From IMG/VR virus record IMGVR_UViG_3300020045_010322, positions 1-27,173 of that record: a DNA stretch of 27,173 nucleotides, one strand, 5' to 3'. Origin of the DNA: a virus (lineage: Duplodnaviria > Caudoviricetes). Shown here one piece after another: positions 15,774-24,555 of the stretch (position 1 is its first letter; the number at the start of each line of letters is the position of its first letter). Below the pieces are notes generated by a model that worked only from the letters and a program-made list of their open reading frames with translations, was not told the origin of the DNA and searched no databases. The position numbers and the translations under genes are program-made.

Positions 15774-16074
15774 GTGGCGCATCAGGATCACTGGGTGCTC
15801 CTCTCCGTCCTACTGGTACAAAGACTATGTAGGCGATACAACTGAGCTTCTAGGTATATGGATAGAAGACGAAGCCTTTAAAGCTGTTGATTCAGGAGGC
15901 TACGTTAACCTGGTTAAATTCCGGGATTGCGTCCTAGAAAGAATCCCGGAAGAGCCTAGGGAGCCTGCAGTATTAATGTCTCCAGCTCTTAAGGCGTACT
16001 TAGAAGATAGGGAGGAAGAGAAAATGCAGGAGTTGCACCAGATATTCGGAAGTCATTTACTGAAGAGGTTCTAA
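15757..16074 (+). CDS. hypothetical protein
   Basis: 105 aa; last gene of the + block before the terminator. Confidence 0.7.
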   Translation: MAKKAKWRIRITGCSSPSYWYKDYVGDTTELLGIWIEDEAFKAVDSGGYVNLVKFRDCVLERIPEEPREPAVLMSPALKAYLEDREEEKMQELHQIFGSHLLKRF

Positions 16075-16078
16075 AAGC

Positions 16079-16104
16079 AAAAACCAGGTTTAAACCTGGT
16101 TTTT
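16079..16104. terminator. bidirectional intrinsic terminator between convergent blocks
   Basis: Perfect 26-bp palindrome AAAAACCAGGTTT/AAACCTGGTTTTT between two stop codons. Confidence 0.85.
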
Positions 16105-16108
16105 TAGC

Positions 16109-16846
16109 TTAGTTACGATAAGCTTCTAGCACCGCTCGTGCAAGGCCGCTTCGCACACAATCCTCTTCTGTAAATTCCACGATTCTAATTTGATTTGTAT
16201 TTTTGAATCTGCGAATAGCATCTTCTAGCCCAGACATTCCTGGAATGTCTTTTTGGGAAATATCCCCATTTACAATGACTTTTGTATCATGACCAATACG
16301 AGTTAAAAGCATCTTCATGCCTACGGGGGTAATGTTCTGAGCTTCATCTAGTACAACCCAAGCATTCTTGAAAGTCTTACCTCTCATGTATGCAATTGGT
16401 GACGCTACGATTTTTCCGTTCTTAATCATGCACTGAACGTTGGCTGCACCAAGACGTTCGTTAAGAACATCAAGGAAGGGCTCTAGAAACGGCATGAACT
16501 TATCAGCGAGTTCTCCAGGTAGGAATCCGAGTTCCTCACATGATTCCACTGCTGGGCGCGTGATAATAATACGCTCAGTAAGTCCTTGTTGAAGCGCATC
16601 TGCAGCCATTGCTCCAACAATCCAGGTCTTACCTACACCTGCCGGACCTACTCCGAACGTCAAAGTTGACGACATGATCGCACTAATGTACTGGCCCTGT
16701 GCTTCATTTTTAGCTTCGATTTTCCCAACCGAGCGAAAGGCCTTAATAGGCCGAGTATTGTCTACCAGCTCTAACTGAGCTTGATTATTGCGTGAACCGC
16801 GAGCAGACTTGGATGAAAACAGCTTTGAGGATTGTGAACGGGACAT
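16109..16846 (-). CDS. phoH: PhoH-family ATPase
   Basis: GPAGVGKT, IITRPAVE, LGFLPG, YMRGKTF, LDEAQN, LTRIG, GDISQKD and VRSGL motifs. Confidence 0.95.
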   Translation of the reverse strand: MSRSQSSKLFSSKSARGSRNNQAQLELVDNTRPIKAFRSVGKIEAKNEAQGQYISAIMSSTLTFGVGPAGVGKTWIVGAMAADALQQGLTERIIITRPAVESCEELGFLPGELADKFMPFLEPFLDVLNERLGAANVQCMIKNGKIVASPIAYMRGKTFKNAWVVLDEAQNITPVGMKMLLTRIGHDTKVIVNGDISQKDIPGMSGLEDAIRRFKNTNQIRIVEFTEEDCVRSGLARAVLEAYRN

Positions 16847-16971
16847 GTATAAAAGTGGGTTAAAAACGACAAAGAGAGACGAGGTGACAGAAACAGAAGT
16901 GACGATTATTATCGCATCGGCACCTCCATTTTTTAGCCCCGAAAACCTTCAGGCATTTAACGAACTTTCAA

Positions 16972-17576
16972 TCATGAGAGATATCTTACCACAGCGTTTC
17001 CTGCAACGCTAGTAATTCTAAAGGCCACTTTGCCACTAAGGTCGGGATTCCACTGCAGCTCTTCGTTTAGGACTTGGAACGTAGACACGTTTCCGGTTAC
17101 GTTTCCCTGCAAATCCCTGGCATCCATGCCGACGGTACCAGATCCAGAAACTAAGAAGCGGAAGAATGTAGAGACTGCATACCAAGTATCAACTTGAATC
17201 TCACCATCCCGGTCGGGTAAAGCGTCCCATCCGGTAACGTAATAGTCCCATCACTTGGAAGTGAACCTTGCTCAAACAAAGTTCCATCTGCAAAAACACT
17301 GCCCTTCCAAGATTGGAGGATTGGCCCTGAAACGTTTGAAATGACCGTACGGTAAGTGTAACGACCTTCTTTGAGAATTGCAGTATCGGTAGCAGTCAAA
17401 GGCACAGTCGTTGTCGCTGTAACAGTTTTAACAAGCTTCAGCCGATCAGCCTCATCAAAGAGTTCGAACTTAGTCGTAGTCCCTGTCAGAACTAAAGGCA
17501 GGCCCGTTTCATCCACAGCTTCGAAGTTGAAGCTAAAAGGAAGACCTAGTTGAAAGTCAAGGTCTTTGTAGTTCAC
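16972..17576 (-). CDS. putative virion/baseplate-associated protein interrupted by a -1 frameshift near 17209
   Basis: GTG start at 17576 (GTGA overlap with the holin-like gene). Frame 0 stops at 17151, but the -1 frame reads DGEIQVDTWYAVSTFFRFLVSGSGTVGMDARDLQGN...AVVRYLS to a TGA at 16972, filling the gap before phoH. Confidence 0.65.
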
Positions 17577-17833
17577 TGGCCTGAAACCGAGCTTTGAGCC
17601 TTGAGTCGGCCAACGATGATTGCGGCAACGCCAATTAAAACCAGCGTGGACGGATCTGAGATATGGAGAGCCGACATGATTGCCAACTGTTGAGACGCGT
17701 CTAAGGTAGGCCAAATGACTGCGGCAGTGCCTACTAACGTGCTGATCTGAGTGGATAGCATTTTATAGGCTTTACGCCAGTCTTCGACGAGGTGAGTGTC
17801 AAGGTATGATGTGATTTTATCGAGGAATGTCAT
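17573..17833 (-). CDS. holin-like small membrane protein
   Basis: LVEDWRKAYKMLSTQ N-terminus, two hydrophobic segments and a basic RLKAQ tail; near the endolysin. Confidence 0.7.
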   Translation of the reverse strand: MTFLDKITSYLDTHLVEDWRKAYKMLSTQISTLVGTAAVIWPTLDASQQLAIMSALHISDPSTLVLIGVAAIIVGRLKAQSSVSGQ

Positions 17834-17849
17834 AATGGACCTTTCAGTT

Positions 17850-18989
17850 TTAAGTTTGAGTTGCGTCTATTGCAGCCTGCATAGCGGTCCAGTAACTAGC
17901 GCTACCTCCGCCCCCTACTGTGTAAGGGTTCCATGCAGTAATATCAGCTCCTAATCTGTATGTCTGCTTAGCTAGGTCAATCATTCTTTGGTTTAATCCT
18001 GCGTCTACTGCACCAAGACTAAGCAGGTCTATATGAACTAAAGTCTTTCTCCCAGGAGACATATCTTTTCTAGGCGTCGAGTAATATACAGGCTGTAGAA
18101 ATTGTGTAACTTTAGAAGGTACTAGGTAAGTATCAGATAACGCAACGTTCATTCCGCTCGCAGATACCCAAGATTGTGTGTCAATAACGTTCTGGATATT
18201 GATAGAAGTAGACTCAGTTCCGTCAATGTAGTTTACTACAGGCCAAGTCTTATCGTAGCCAAAATGTGCTGCAGCATGAGACCACATGTCTTTATTTGCG
18301 GCTATGACTGAGGAAGATGTCATCCCTACAGGAAGAGCTGATCCTGTCCATGCTGATCTAGCAGATTCGTCTGGTCCAATAAATCCCGCAAAAGCGGGGT
18401 GATTACCTACTGCAGATTTAATAGCTTCAACCATAAGGCGCCATCTACTTCTAACAGCATCGTTTTCCAACATAGGGCCCCAACCTACAGCAGTTCCACT
18501 TAAATAAACGGGATAGATTCCACCTCTGAAAGCGGTACCTCCGTAAGTTGAGTGATTTAACGGAATGTAGTCTGGGATTGCAAGAGTTGTAGGTAAAGCC
18601 CCGACCGGATCAGTAAAAGATCCGCTGTAAGTTTTACAAAACATTCGAAGTATTAGTTTTTTACCTAATACGCTGCATCTATTCAATTGATTAATCAATG
18701 ATGTAAAGTTATAAATGCCAAATGATGTCTCGGCCTGCCTCCAATCCATAGTCCAGATAACTCCAGAGATTCTGGCGTCTTCTATAATCGGGGCTATTTC
18801 TGAGTTTAGTAAACTTGCTGTCTTAAATGGCGCAAGCATCCAATGTTGATGACCAGAAGGTCTCTGAGAATCCTTCCATGCGTAAGATAGGAAATATTGA
18901 CCGTTGCATACGGAAATCTCGCTGTTAACCTCAAGGGGAGTTGAAGGAGACAAGCTTCCGTTAAGTAAGACTGCAGGGCAAGATTTCAT
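17850..18989 (-). CDS. glycoside hydrolase-like TIM-barrel protein (clan GH-A-like)
   Basis: WRQAETSFGIYNF resembles the W-x-x-x-E-x-x-x-G-x-Y-x-F motif of GH42/GH35-like enzymes. Also GKKLILRM, IPDY, and HPAFAGFIGPDES with a candidate catalytic Glu. Confidence 0.55.
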   Translation of the reverse strand: MKSCPAVLLNGSLSPSTPLEVNSEISVCNGQYFLSYAWKDSQRPSGHQHWMLAPFKTASLLNSEIAPIIEDARISGVIWTMDWRQAETSFGIYNFTSLINQLNRCSVLGKKLILRMFCKTYSGSFTDPVGALPTTLAIPDYIPLNHSTYGGTAFRGGIYPVYLSGTAVGWGPMLENDAVRSRWRLMVEAIKSAVGNHPAFAGFIGPDESARSAWTGSALPVGMTSSSVIAANKDMWSHAAAHFGYDKTWPVVNYIDGTESTSINIQNVIDTQSWVSASGMNVALSDTYLVPSKVTQFLQPVYYSTPRKDMSPGRKTLVHIDLLSLGAVDAGLNQRMIDLAKQTYRLGADITAWNPYTVGGGGSASYWTAMQAAIDATQT

Positions 18990-18990
18990 T

Positions 18991-19599
18991 TTAAGAAGCC
19001 TGTAAAATCTCTACGCTCCAAGCCTCTAGCGTCATAGAATCAGTTCCATCAGCCAGTTGACCTGTAATAGTTAAAAGCTTATCAGTTGAAAGGTCCTCCG
19101 CTCCAATTACTACTGCAGCCCCTGAGGATGTTAGCGAGCTAATAATAGAAGGATGACATACTTGACTGTTCTGAACACCTCTTTGGTAGATATGAACCCA
19201 TCCTGATGTAGTGGCCACTGAGGCGAGTGAACTAGAGGCAAACGTAGTATTTCCGAGTTTCACTCGAAGAGTCTTAACGCTTGCATCGTTGTTTACGCTA
19301 CAGAGTAGATGTACTCTAATTGAGCCTCTTGGACCTACAGATCCCCCGGGAATAGTCACAGAAGCTAACGTTGCCTCTGTAGTAATACCGGTTACCGTAG
19401 TTGCTCCGCTCGGTGCGCCGCTATAAAAAGTACCAGTTAGTCTACCGACTACTCCAGCAGCAGCCGATGAGGATAAAAGGGCTCCCGTCTGACCGCTCTG
19501 AGAAGTAATTCCTGTCGGAACTCCTGAATTATCAACTACAACATACGCATGAAGAGGGGCGGTTACAGCATAACCGCGGGCATTAGGATCATATGACAT
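18991..19599 (-). CDS. putative virion structural / fibre-associated protein
   Basis: 202 aa, G/S/T-rich, beta-rich C-terminal domain; in the late block. Confidence 0.6.
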   Translation of the reverse strand: MSYDPNARGYAVTAPLHAYVVVDNSGVPTGITSQSGQTGALLSSSAAAGVVGRLTGTFYSGAPSGATTVTGITTEATLASVTIPGGSVGPRGSIRVHLLCSVNNDASVKTLRVKLGNTTFASSSLASVATTSGWVHIYQRGVQNSQVCHPSIISSLTSSGAAVVIGAEDLSTDKLLTITGQLADGTDSMTLEAWSVEILQAS

Positions 19600-19628
19600 T
19601 TATTTAAATTCCTTTATAGATTTTAGTG

Positions 19629-20189
19629 TTATAAAAACTTGGCGTAAGCTGCAGCCATCTTAGTATCGTACTTGTTAACAGCGAAAGACGGCCCGTTATA
19701 TTTTCTGGCAAAGTCAGCCCATCTCTTTTCTCTAAGCTCATCTGCTAGCCCAGAGTTGATGATGAACTCTACGAAAAGCTTAAGCTGAGAATCTTCGCTG
19801 AAGCTCATTTCATTGACAAAGTCCTGAACGGATTTGCAGCCGCACAAGGAATAGTTACTACCTAAAATCTGAAAGGCACCCCAAGACGCAGACTTTAAAG
19901 CCGCCTCTCTATCTAGCCGAATGGCAGTGTTTAGCCTAGAAGCTTCTTCCGCGCCAGTCTTACCGTAGAACTGCTTTGTCCACTTAGGAAAACACAGAGT
20001 AGGATGAGATTTGGCAAAACGACCGTTTGTGTTCTTATAAAAAAGATGACCCTCAAACAGAGTTTTTACCGACCCGTCAGGCCTAAATCCTCCGCCAGCA
20101 GACTCAACCTGAGCTACAGCCTTAATGGCTGCAACTTCGCATTCCAGGTCTTCTGCAGCAAAAATAAAGGCTTCTTCGGAGATTGCCAT
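19629..20189 (-). CDS. endolysin, N-acetylmuramidase (DUF3380-type)
   Basis: AVAQVES, LFEGHLF, SASWGAFQILG, WADFARKYNG and YDTKM motifs. Confidence 0.92.
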   Translation of the reverse strand: MAISEEAFIFAAEDLECEVAAIKAVAQVESAGGGFRPDGSVKTLFEGHLFYKNTNGRFAKSHPTLCFPKWTKQFYGKTGAEEASRLNTAIRLDREAALKSASWGAFQILGSNYSLCGCKSVQDFVNEMSFSEDSQLKLFVEFIINSGLADELREKRWADFARKYNGPSFAVNKYDTKMAAAYAKFL

Positions 20190-20200
20190 GATGGCCTCGA

Positions 20201-20605
20201 TTAAGCCGAGATTTCAGTGACGTTCAGGCTACCTGTAGCCGCAGCCCAAATGACTTGCACAGCGGATCCCATATCAGCAATTTCGTAGGTTGCACCGGCA
20301 GCTAGAGTAAAAGAATAGACTGTCGTCGTAGCTGCGGTAGATCCGAATCGAATATGAGCAAGTGCGCTACCAGCGACAGCAGAAAGGATTAAACGTTTAC
20401 GGGCAGTGTTTGCAGCTAGGACTTGGATGCTGGTAGCTGAGGCCGCGACGTTTGTAGTAGTAGAAGTGTTGTTTGCGGTTGCACTTGTAGGGCTAGCGCC
20501 AATGGCCAGCGACCCGTCGGCATTGACTAGGACATTCGTAGGCGTGCCATCGGCCTTGCGGCCGGTCATTAAGGAAAGATCTGTTGTTACAGCAATTGTC
20601 GGCAT
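20201..20605 (-). CDS. putative virion structural protein
   Basis: 134 aa Ala/Thr-rich; LAANTARKRLIL...YSFTLAAGATYEI beta-sandwich pattern common in phage virion proteins. Confidence 0.65.
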   Translation of the reverse strand: MPTIAVTTDLSLMTGRKADGTPTNVLVNADGSLAIGASPTSATANNTSTTTNVAASATSIQVLAANTARKRLILSAVAGSALAHIRFGSTAATTTVYSFTLAAGATYEIADMGSAVQVIWAAATGSLNVTEISA

Positions 20606-20621
20606 GAAATAGAAACCTCGG

Positions 20622-21023
20622 TTATTGATCTAGTTTAGATCGCTTAATGATCTTTACTGGATGAAAAGGGGATGGAGGTACAGGAACAAGTTCAATTGAG
20701 TGAAACCCCTTCTTATTTTCTTCCTCTTCCTGAAGCTCACCTACGTCAGTTACATATAATCTTGGTACACCAGGAATCCAAATTCTTCTCATGACAGAGA
20801 AATGAAATAGTGTAGTAGCAAGCAGAATGCACATCCAAGATCCCGGCTCAAGACCCCACGAAAATGGGGCAATAAGCAATGCACTAGAAGCAAGGCTTTG
20901 AAAATACACGGAAGCCCTTAGTTCGATACTGGTAGATTCCCTCATCTTGACTAATCTACAGAAGCATGCGTAAAAAATGCCGGCGCACAGGCCCACATGG
21001 ATAAGAAGTAGGAGTGTGGACAT
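20622..21023 (-). CDS. holin-like membrane protein (about three TM segments)
   Basis: Hydrophobic helices with a CFCRL motif; upstream of the endolysin and paired with the next gene. Confidence 0.6.
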   Translation of the reverse strand: MSTLLLLIHVGLCAGIFYACFCRLVKMRESTSIELRASVYFQSLASSALLIAPFSWGLEPGSWMCILLATTLFHFSVMRRIWIPGVPRLYVTDVGELQEEEENKKGFHSIELVPVPPSPFHPVKIIKRSKLDQ

Positions 21024-21032
21024 GATATCAGT

Positions 21033-21434
21033 TTAAAGGTCGTCTTTAGGAAGGGTATTCTTGGTCTGCTCAGGGATTTTAGCAGGAAAGAATCTTTCAA
21101 CCGCACCAGATAGCAGCCCTCCTACGCGATCACCGTAGAAACCGATTACAAAAGCTACAGGCGCCAGGGCCTGTTTGGCACCTAGTCCATATTGAGTTTC
21201 CAGACATGCAGCAATAATACTGGTAAACACTGCTGCGAAAGTGACGGTGCGAAGTAAAATCCAAACTGCTTCTGTCTTGGAATTAGTTCGGGCCTTGCCG
21301 ATAACCCAAAGTCCACCTGCAAGAGAGGCGAAGATGATCGTAGCCCACTCTCCTGCAGTTACACCGAAGATAGCTATGAATAGGGAATACAGGCCTACTG
21401 TTGCGGCTACTGTGGTGGATGCGGGTTCAGTCAT
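21033..21434 (-). CDS. holin-like membrane protein
   Basis: MTEPASTT start and three to four hydrophobic segments; first gene of the lysis-containing unit. Confidence 0.6.
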   Translation of the reverse strand: MTEPASTTVAATVGLYSLFIAIFGVTAGEWATIIFASLAGGLWVIGKARTNSKTEAVWILLRTVTFAAVFTSIIAACLETQYGLGAKQALAPVAFVIGFYGDRVGGLLSGAVERFFPAKIPEQTKNTLPKDDL

Positions 21435-21549
21435 TTTGGGGTAGGGTAATCCATGCTAAAAAGGAATCACTCTATTTTAAGACCGCAAAAGTTGAGATTC
21501 AAAAGTAGAATCACTTATTGGTGCAATGCACAAATTTATATAGCACAAT

Positions 21550-21909
21550 TTATGCTAAATAAATCTCAGTATTTGATGAGCCTGCCAAATATTCAACCTT
21601 GAATCGAGTAACAGAAGCTTTGATATTTGTCACAACAGAATCTACATCTAACCCAATCGGAAGGAGGATGTTTGCAATAGTATGCTTAACGTACTTGTTC
21701 CCGAAAATAGGAATAGTGACCCCGGTCCAGGATTGGATTCGCATATAATCCTGAAGGTTGGCAACGCCGAAGTACCCCCCTAAATCGGGGGTGCCGGTGT
21801 TCTCATGTAAAAACACATCAGCAGGGATATCAGCACCTGGAAGAATCTGAGCTGTAATAACCCAGTTTGATCCAGAGATGGCTTTGGTTATTTGAACTTG
21901 TGTAGCCAT
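21550..21909 (-). CDS. hypothetical structural protein
   Basis: Start moved to the ATG at 21909 (TAATG overlap with the upstream gene). Confidence 0.7.
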   Translation of the reverse strand: MATQVQITKAISGSNWVITAQILPGADIPADVFLHENTGTPDLGGYFGVANLQDYMRIQSWTGVTIPIFGNKYVKHTIANILLPIGLDVDSVVTNIKASVTRFKVEYLAGSSNTEIYLA

Positions 21910-22388
21910 TACAGCACCGAAATAGTCCACTCAAAGTCAACTGCAAAGTCCACGGTTTTAGGGATCCCCGTAAAGGTCTTGATGTTGAACATGATACCTG
22001 AAGTGGTAAAAAGACCCGCTTCGTTAACTAAGGTCCCGTTCATCTGTGATTGATCCACTGAAGCTCTAAAGGTAACAGAAGGTAGGCCGGGATCAAATAC
22101 ATAGGACACAGCAGGGACGCTAATGTCTTGGTGGTAGAGATTTACCATATCCACGGTAGGTGCTTTAGGGTAAAGGCCTTGTGGGTCAATACTACCTCCG
22201 CTTCCCACGCGAAGAGTGGCAATCGGGTCAGAGACGGCGCCTGGTGTATAAAGGGGTCTAAGGATTAGATTCCGTCCTCCATATACAATAAGGTTGTCTT
22301 CTTCGAAGTGCTTCTCAACGCGACCGTCTGGGAAGCGGAGGTTGACGGCCAGGTGACCGACCGTCTTGAAAGGGGATTTCATTTGCAT
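21909..22388 (-). CDS. tail-collar / fibre-attachment (DUF3751-like) baseplate protein
   Basis: NLIVxxGR, RVGSGG and NEAGLF...MF...TF...K...FEWTI pattern; follows the baseplate genes. Confidence 0.7.
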   Translation of the reverse strand: MQMKSPFKTVGHLAVNLRFPDGRVEKHFEEDNLIVYGGRNLILRPLYTPGAVSDPIATLRVGSGGSIDPQGLYPKAPTVDMVNLYHQDISVPAVSYVFDPGLPSVTFRASVDQSQMNGTLVNEAGLFTTSGIMFNIKTFTGIPKTVDFAVDFEWTISVL

Positions 22389-22422
22389 AAAGTCTTGATT
22401 CTCAGTTTAGATAGAGTTTAAA

Positions 22423-24555
22423 TTAGGCCCGAACAACGTGCTTGACAACAGCACCCGAACGATTCACAGGAATAGGTATAGTATTGTCTGCATCTACATA
22501 CGAACCCATCACGTCTCCTGGATTCTGAAGTGCGCCACCTCTTGTCAGGTAAAAGTTTGTTCCGGAAGTCAGGCTTTGACGATTCAAAACAATCGTGTAT
22601 TGAACTTTCAGAGGATCGAATGACTCCACTGGGATCAAAGAGGGGTGCTTGAGGTCTCTATTGGAAGTAACCCAGTATACTGCAAATACTTCATGAGATA
22701 ACTCTTTTACAAGAATAAGGTCAGTAGGTCGAATGTCTCCGATGTCTGGTTTGAATTCTTCGTAAGAGAGTCTTGGATACTGTGCCCCAAGGCCCCCCTG
22801 CGCAACACCAATCCCTTTAGTAAATAATGCGTTGTAGTTTGCAGCAAGATATCCTGGAGAACCTGAAATGGTAAAGGAGGGGAATTCAGTTGCAGCCATA
22901 CCATCTACATTAAGCATATCCATCCTAGCAGCAAGGTCGTTTCTGCGAGTCGTATGCAAAGCAACGATTCGAGGTGAAGTGAAAGGTATGAAGATTTCGG
23001 AATACCCATTATGCACAGGAGTTCCGTCCATCGCGGAATAATCTACGTTACGAAGATGAGCAATCTTGCTATGCCACCCATTCCAATCGAAGCTTCCTCT
23101 TGACGTGCAGGCTTTCATCCACGCAACTTCATAGGAAGTTGGAGGCGTTAGGAAAGACTTGTAAGCCCTAACTCCTGAGATATAAATAGGGTCTCCTGCT
23201 TCGTCGAACGTATCTTGTTCGAATTCCCCTGTTTCAAGATCTTCCCCCATAAGGTGTGTCACTGCCACAGGCGCACATGACCGTAGAAAGAACGCACCTC
23301 CTCTATCAATAGGATTGATGAAATTATCTCTGCGGAAAAACTCGATAGGAGGATTGATGTAGTCAAGGTCTTGGATTCGAAACCGCACCAAGCTGACTAA
23401 TTCATTTAAAGTAATGCTATCACTTAGATCAGAAGGGACCATCCACACATAGACAGGCTGAGTATGAGTGGGTTTAGCTTTATTGATGATATCAGTGATC
23501 TGTACGAAGTTTTGAATATTCTTAAAACTGTCTACGCGGACTCTGACTAAAAAAGAGTTTTTAGCAAGATAGTTGCGCATTAAGTAATCGTAAGGAGACC
23601 CTTCTACTGCAAAGCGATCCCTTTGTCCAGGAGGGATGGCTTTAATAAGGGAAGAAGGAATACTGGCATTGATCCACCAATCGCCGTCGTTGATATAATC
23701 CTTGAGTTCAATCCATTCCGCAAGCAAGTCTCCTGTGGACACAATGTCTCCAGTTTCTACTGAAGGTTTTAATCCGAAAGGAAGTAGGTATTGATTTTGA
23801 TCTGTAATAACTAAATACTGATCAGAATCTAGATAATTGCGAATGTCAAGGACCTGCTCATCGCCTCTTGCTAGCGGGGCCCCTAGAACAAGGTTTAAAC
23901 CTCTTTTTAGCAAGCCTAAGGTAGGACCCTTGGTATAAACGTAATACAAGCCATAGACGAAGTTACTGAAGGTCTCTGATGACTTATCCGGGGTAAGTTG
24001 AATCAGGTTGCCGAATTGTCTTTGAACAAGCTGCTCATCGATCAAAACGTCAGTCATCCAAATAGCGTACTCACTGATACCCTCGGAATTCATTCGAACA
24101 CTGAACCTATACTCCTCAATAGGCCGTGCAAATTGAATGTAAGACGATGTAAGATCTTTTCTAGTAACGCGAAAGTCTACGTTCTTTTCTAAGCTTTCAG
24201 TTGGAAGAAAAGGTCGGTTGGCAAGGAAAGAAACGTCTTCGATTGGAAGATTTACCGTGAACTTTAAATCGTTGTAAGGATCCTTATCGGTGCTTTTTAG
24301 TAACAAAAGCTTGATGCTGCTACTCGTGAACGTTTGAATACTCTCTAAGCTTAACGAGGATGAGAGCTGAAGGAACCTTGAATAGACCTCGCTGGAAGTG
24401 ATGGCGTTAGATTCCAAGATAAGGTTCGTAGTCTCTTCATCTTCGAACATAAAGGTGAAAAAATCAGACAAACCATATAGATATGTCATGTTCCGGTCAA
24501 GACGGGTTACGTCTACGCCGGAATCGCCAAAGTTTGAGACAGGTACGTCGCTCAC
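22423..24555 (-). CDS. baseplate wedge protein (gpI/gp7-like, inferred)
   Basis: 710 aa, GTGA-coupled to the baseplate J-like gene; KGPT...LKRGLNLVLG and IINKAKPTHT motifs. Confidence 0.6.
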   Translation of the reverse strand: MSDVPVSNFGDSGVDVTRLDRNMTYLYGLSDFFTFMFEDEETTNLILESNAITSSEVYSRFLQLSSSLSLESIQTFTSSSIKLLLLKSTDKDPYNDLKFTVNLPIEDVSFLANRPFLPTESLEKNVDFRVTRKDLTSSYIQFARPIEEYRFSVRMNSEGISEYAIWMTDVLIDEQLVQRQFGNLIQLTPDKSSETFSNFVYGLYYVYTKGPTLGLLKRGLNLVLGAPLARGDEQVLDIRNYLDSDQYLVITDQNQYLLPFGLKPSVETGDIVSTGDLLAEWIELKDYINDGDWWINASIPSSLIKAIPPGQRDRFAVEGSPYDYLMRNYLAKNSFLVRVRVDSFKNIQNFVQITDIINKAKPTHTQPVYVWMVPSDLSDSITLNELVSLVRFRIQDLDYINPPIEFFRRDNFINPIDRGGAFFLRSCAPVAVTHLMGEDLETGEFEQDTFDEAGDPIYISGVRAYKSFLTPPTSYEVAWMKACTSRGSFDWNGWHSKIAHLRNVDYSAMDGTPVHNGYSEIFIPFTSPRIVALHTTRRNDLAARMDMLNVDGMAATEFPSFTISGSPGYLAANYNALFTKGIGVAQGGLGAQYPRLSYEEFKPDIGDIRPTDLILVKELSHEVFAVYWVTSNRDLKHPSLIPVESFDPLKVQYTIVLNRQSLTSGTNFYLTRGGALQNPGDVMGSYVDADNTIPIPVNRSGAVVKHVVRA

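Noticed and set aside
16788-17012. + strand 74-aa ORF
   Set aside because: Antisense to phoH and to the frameshifted gene's C-terminus; no support.
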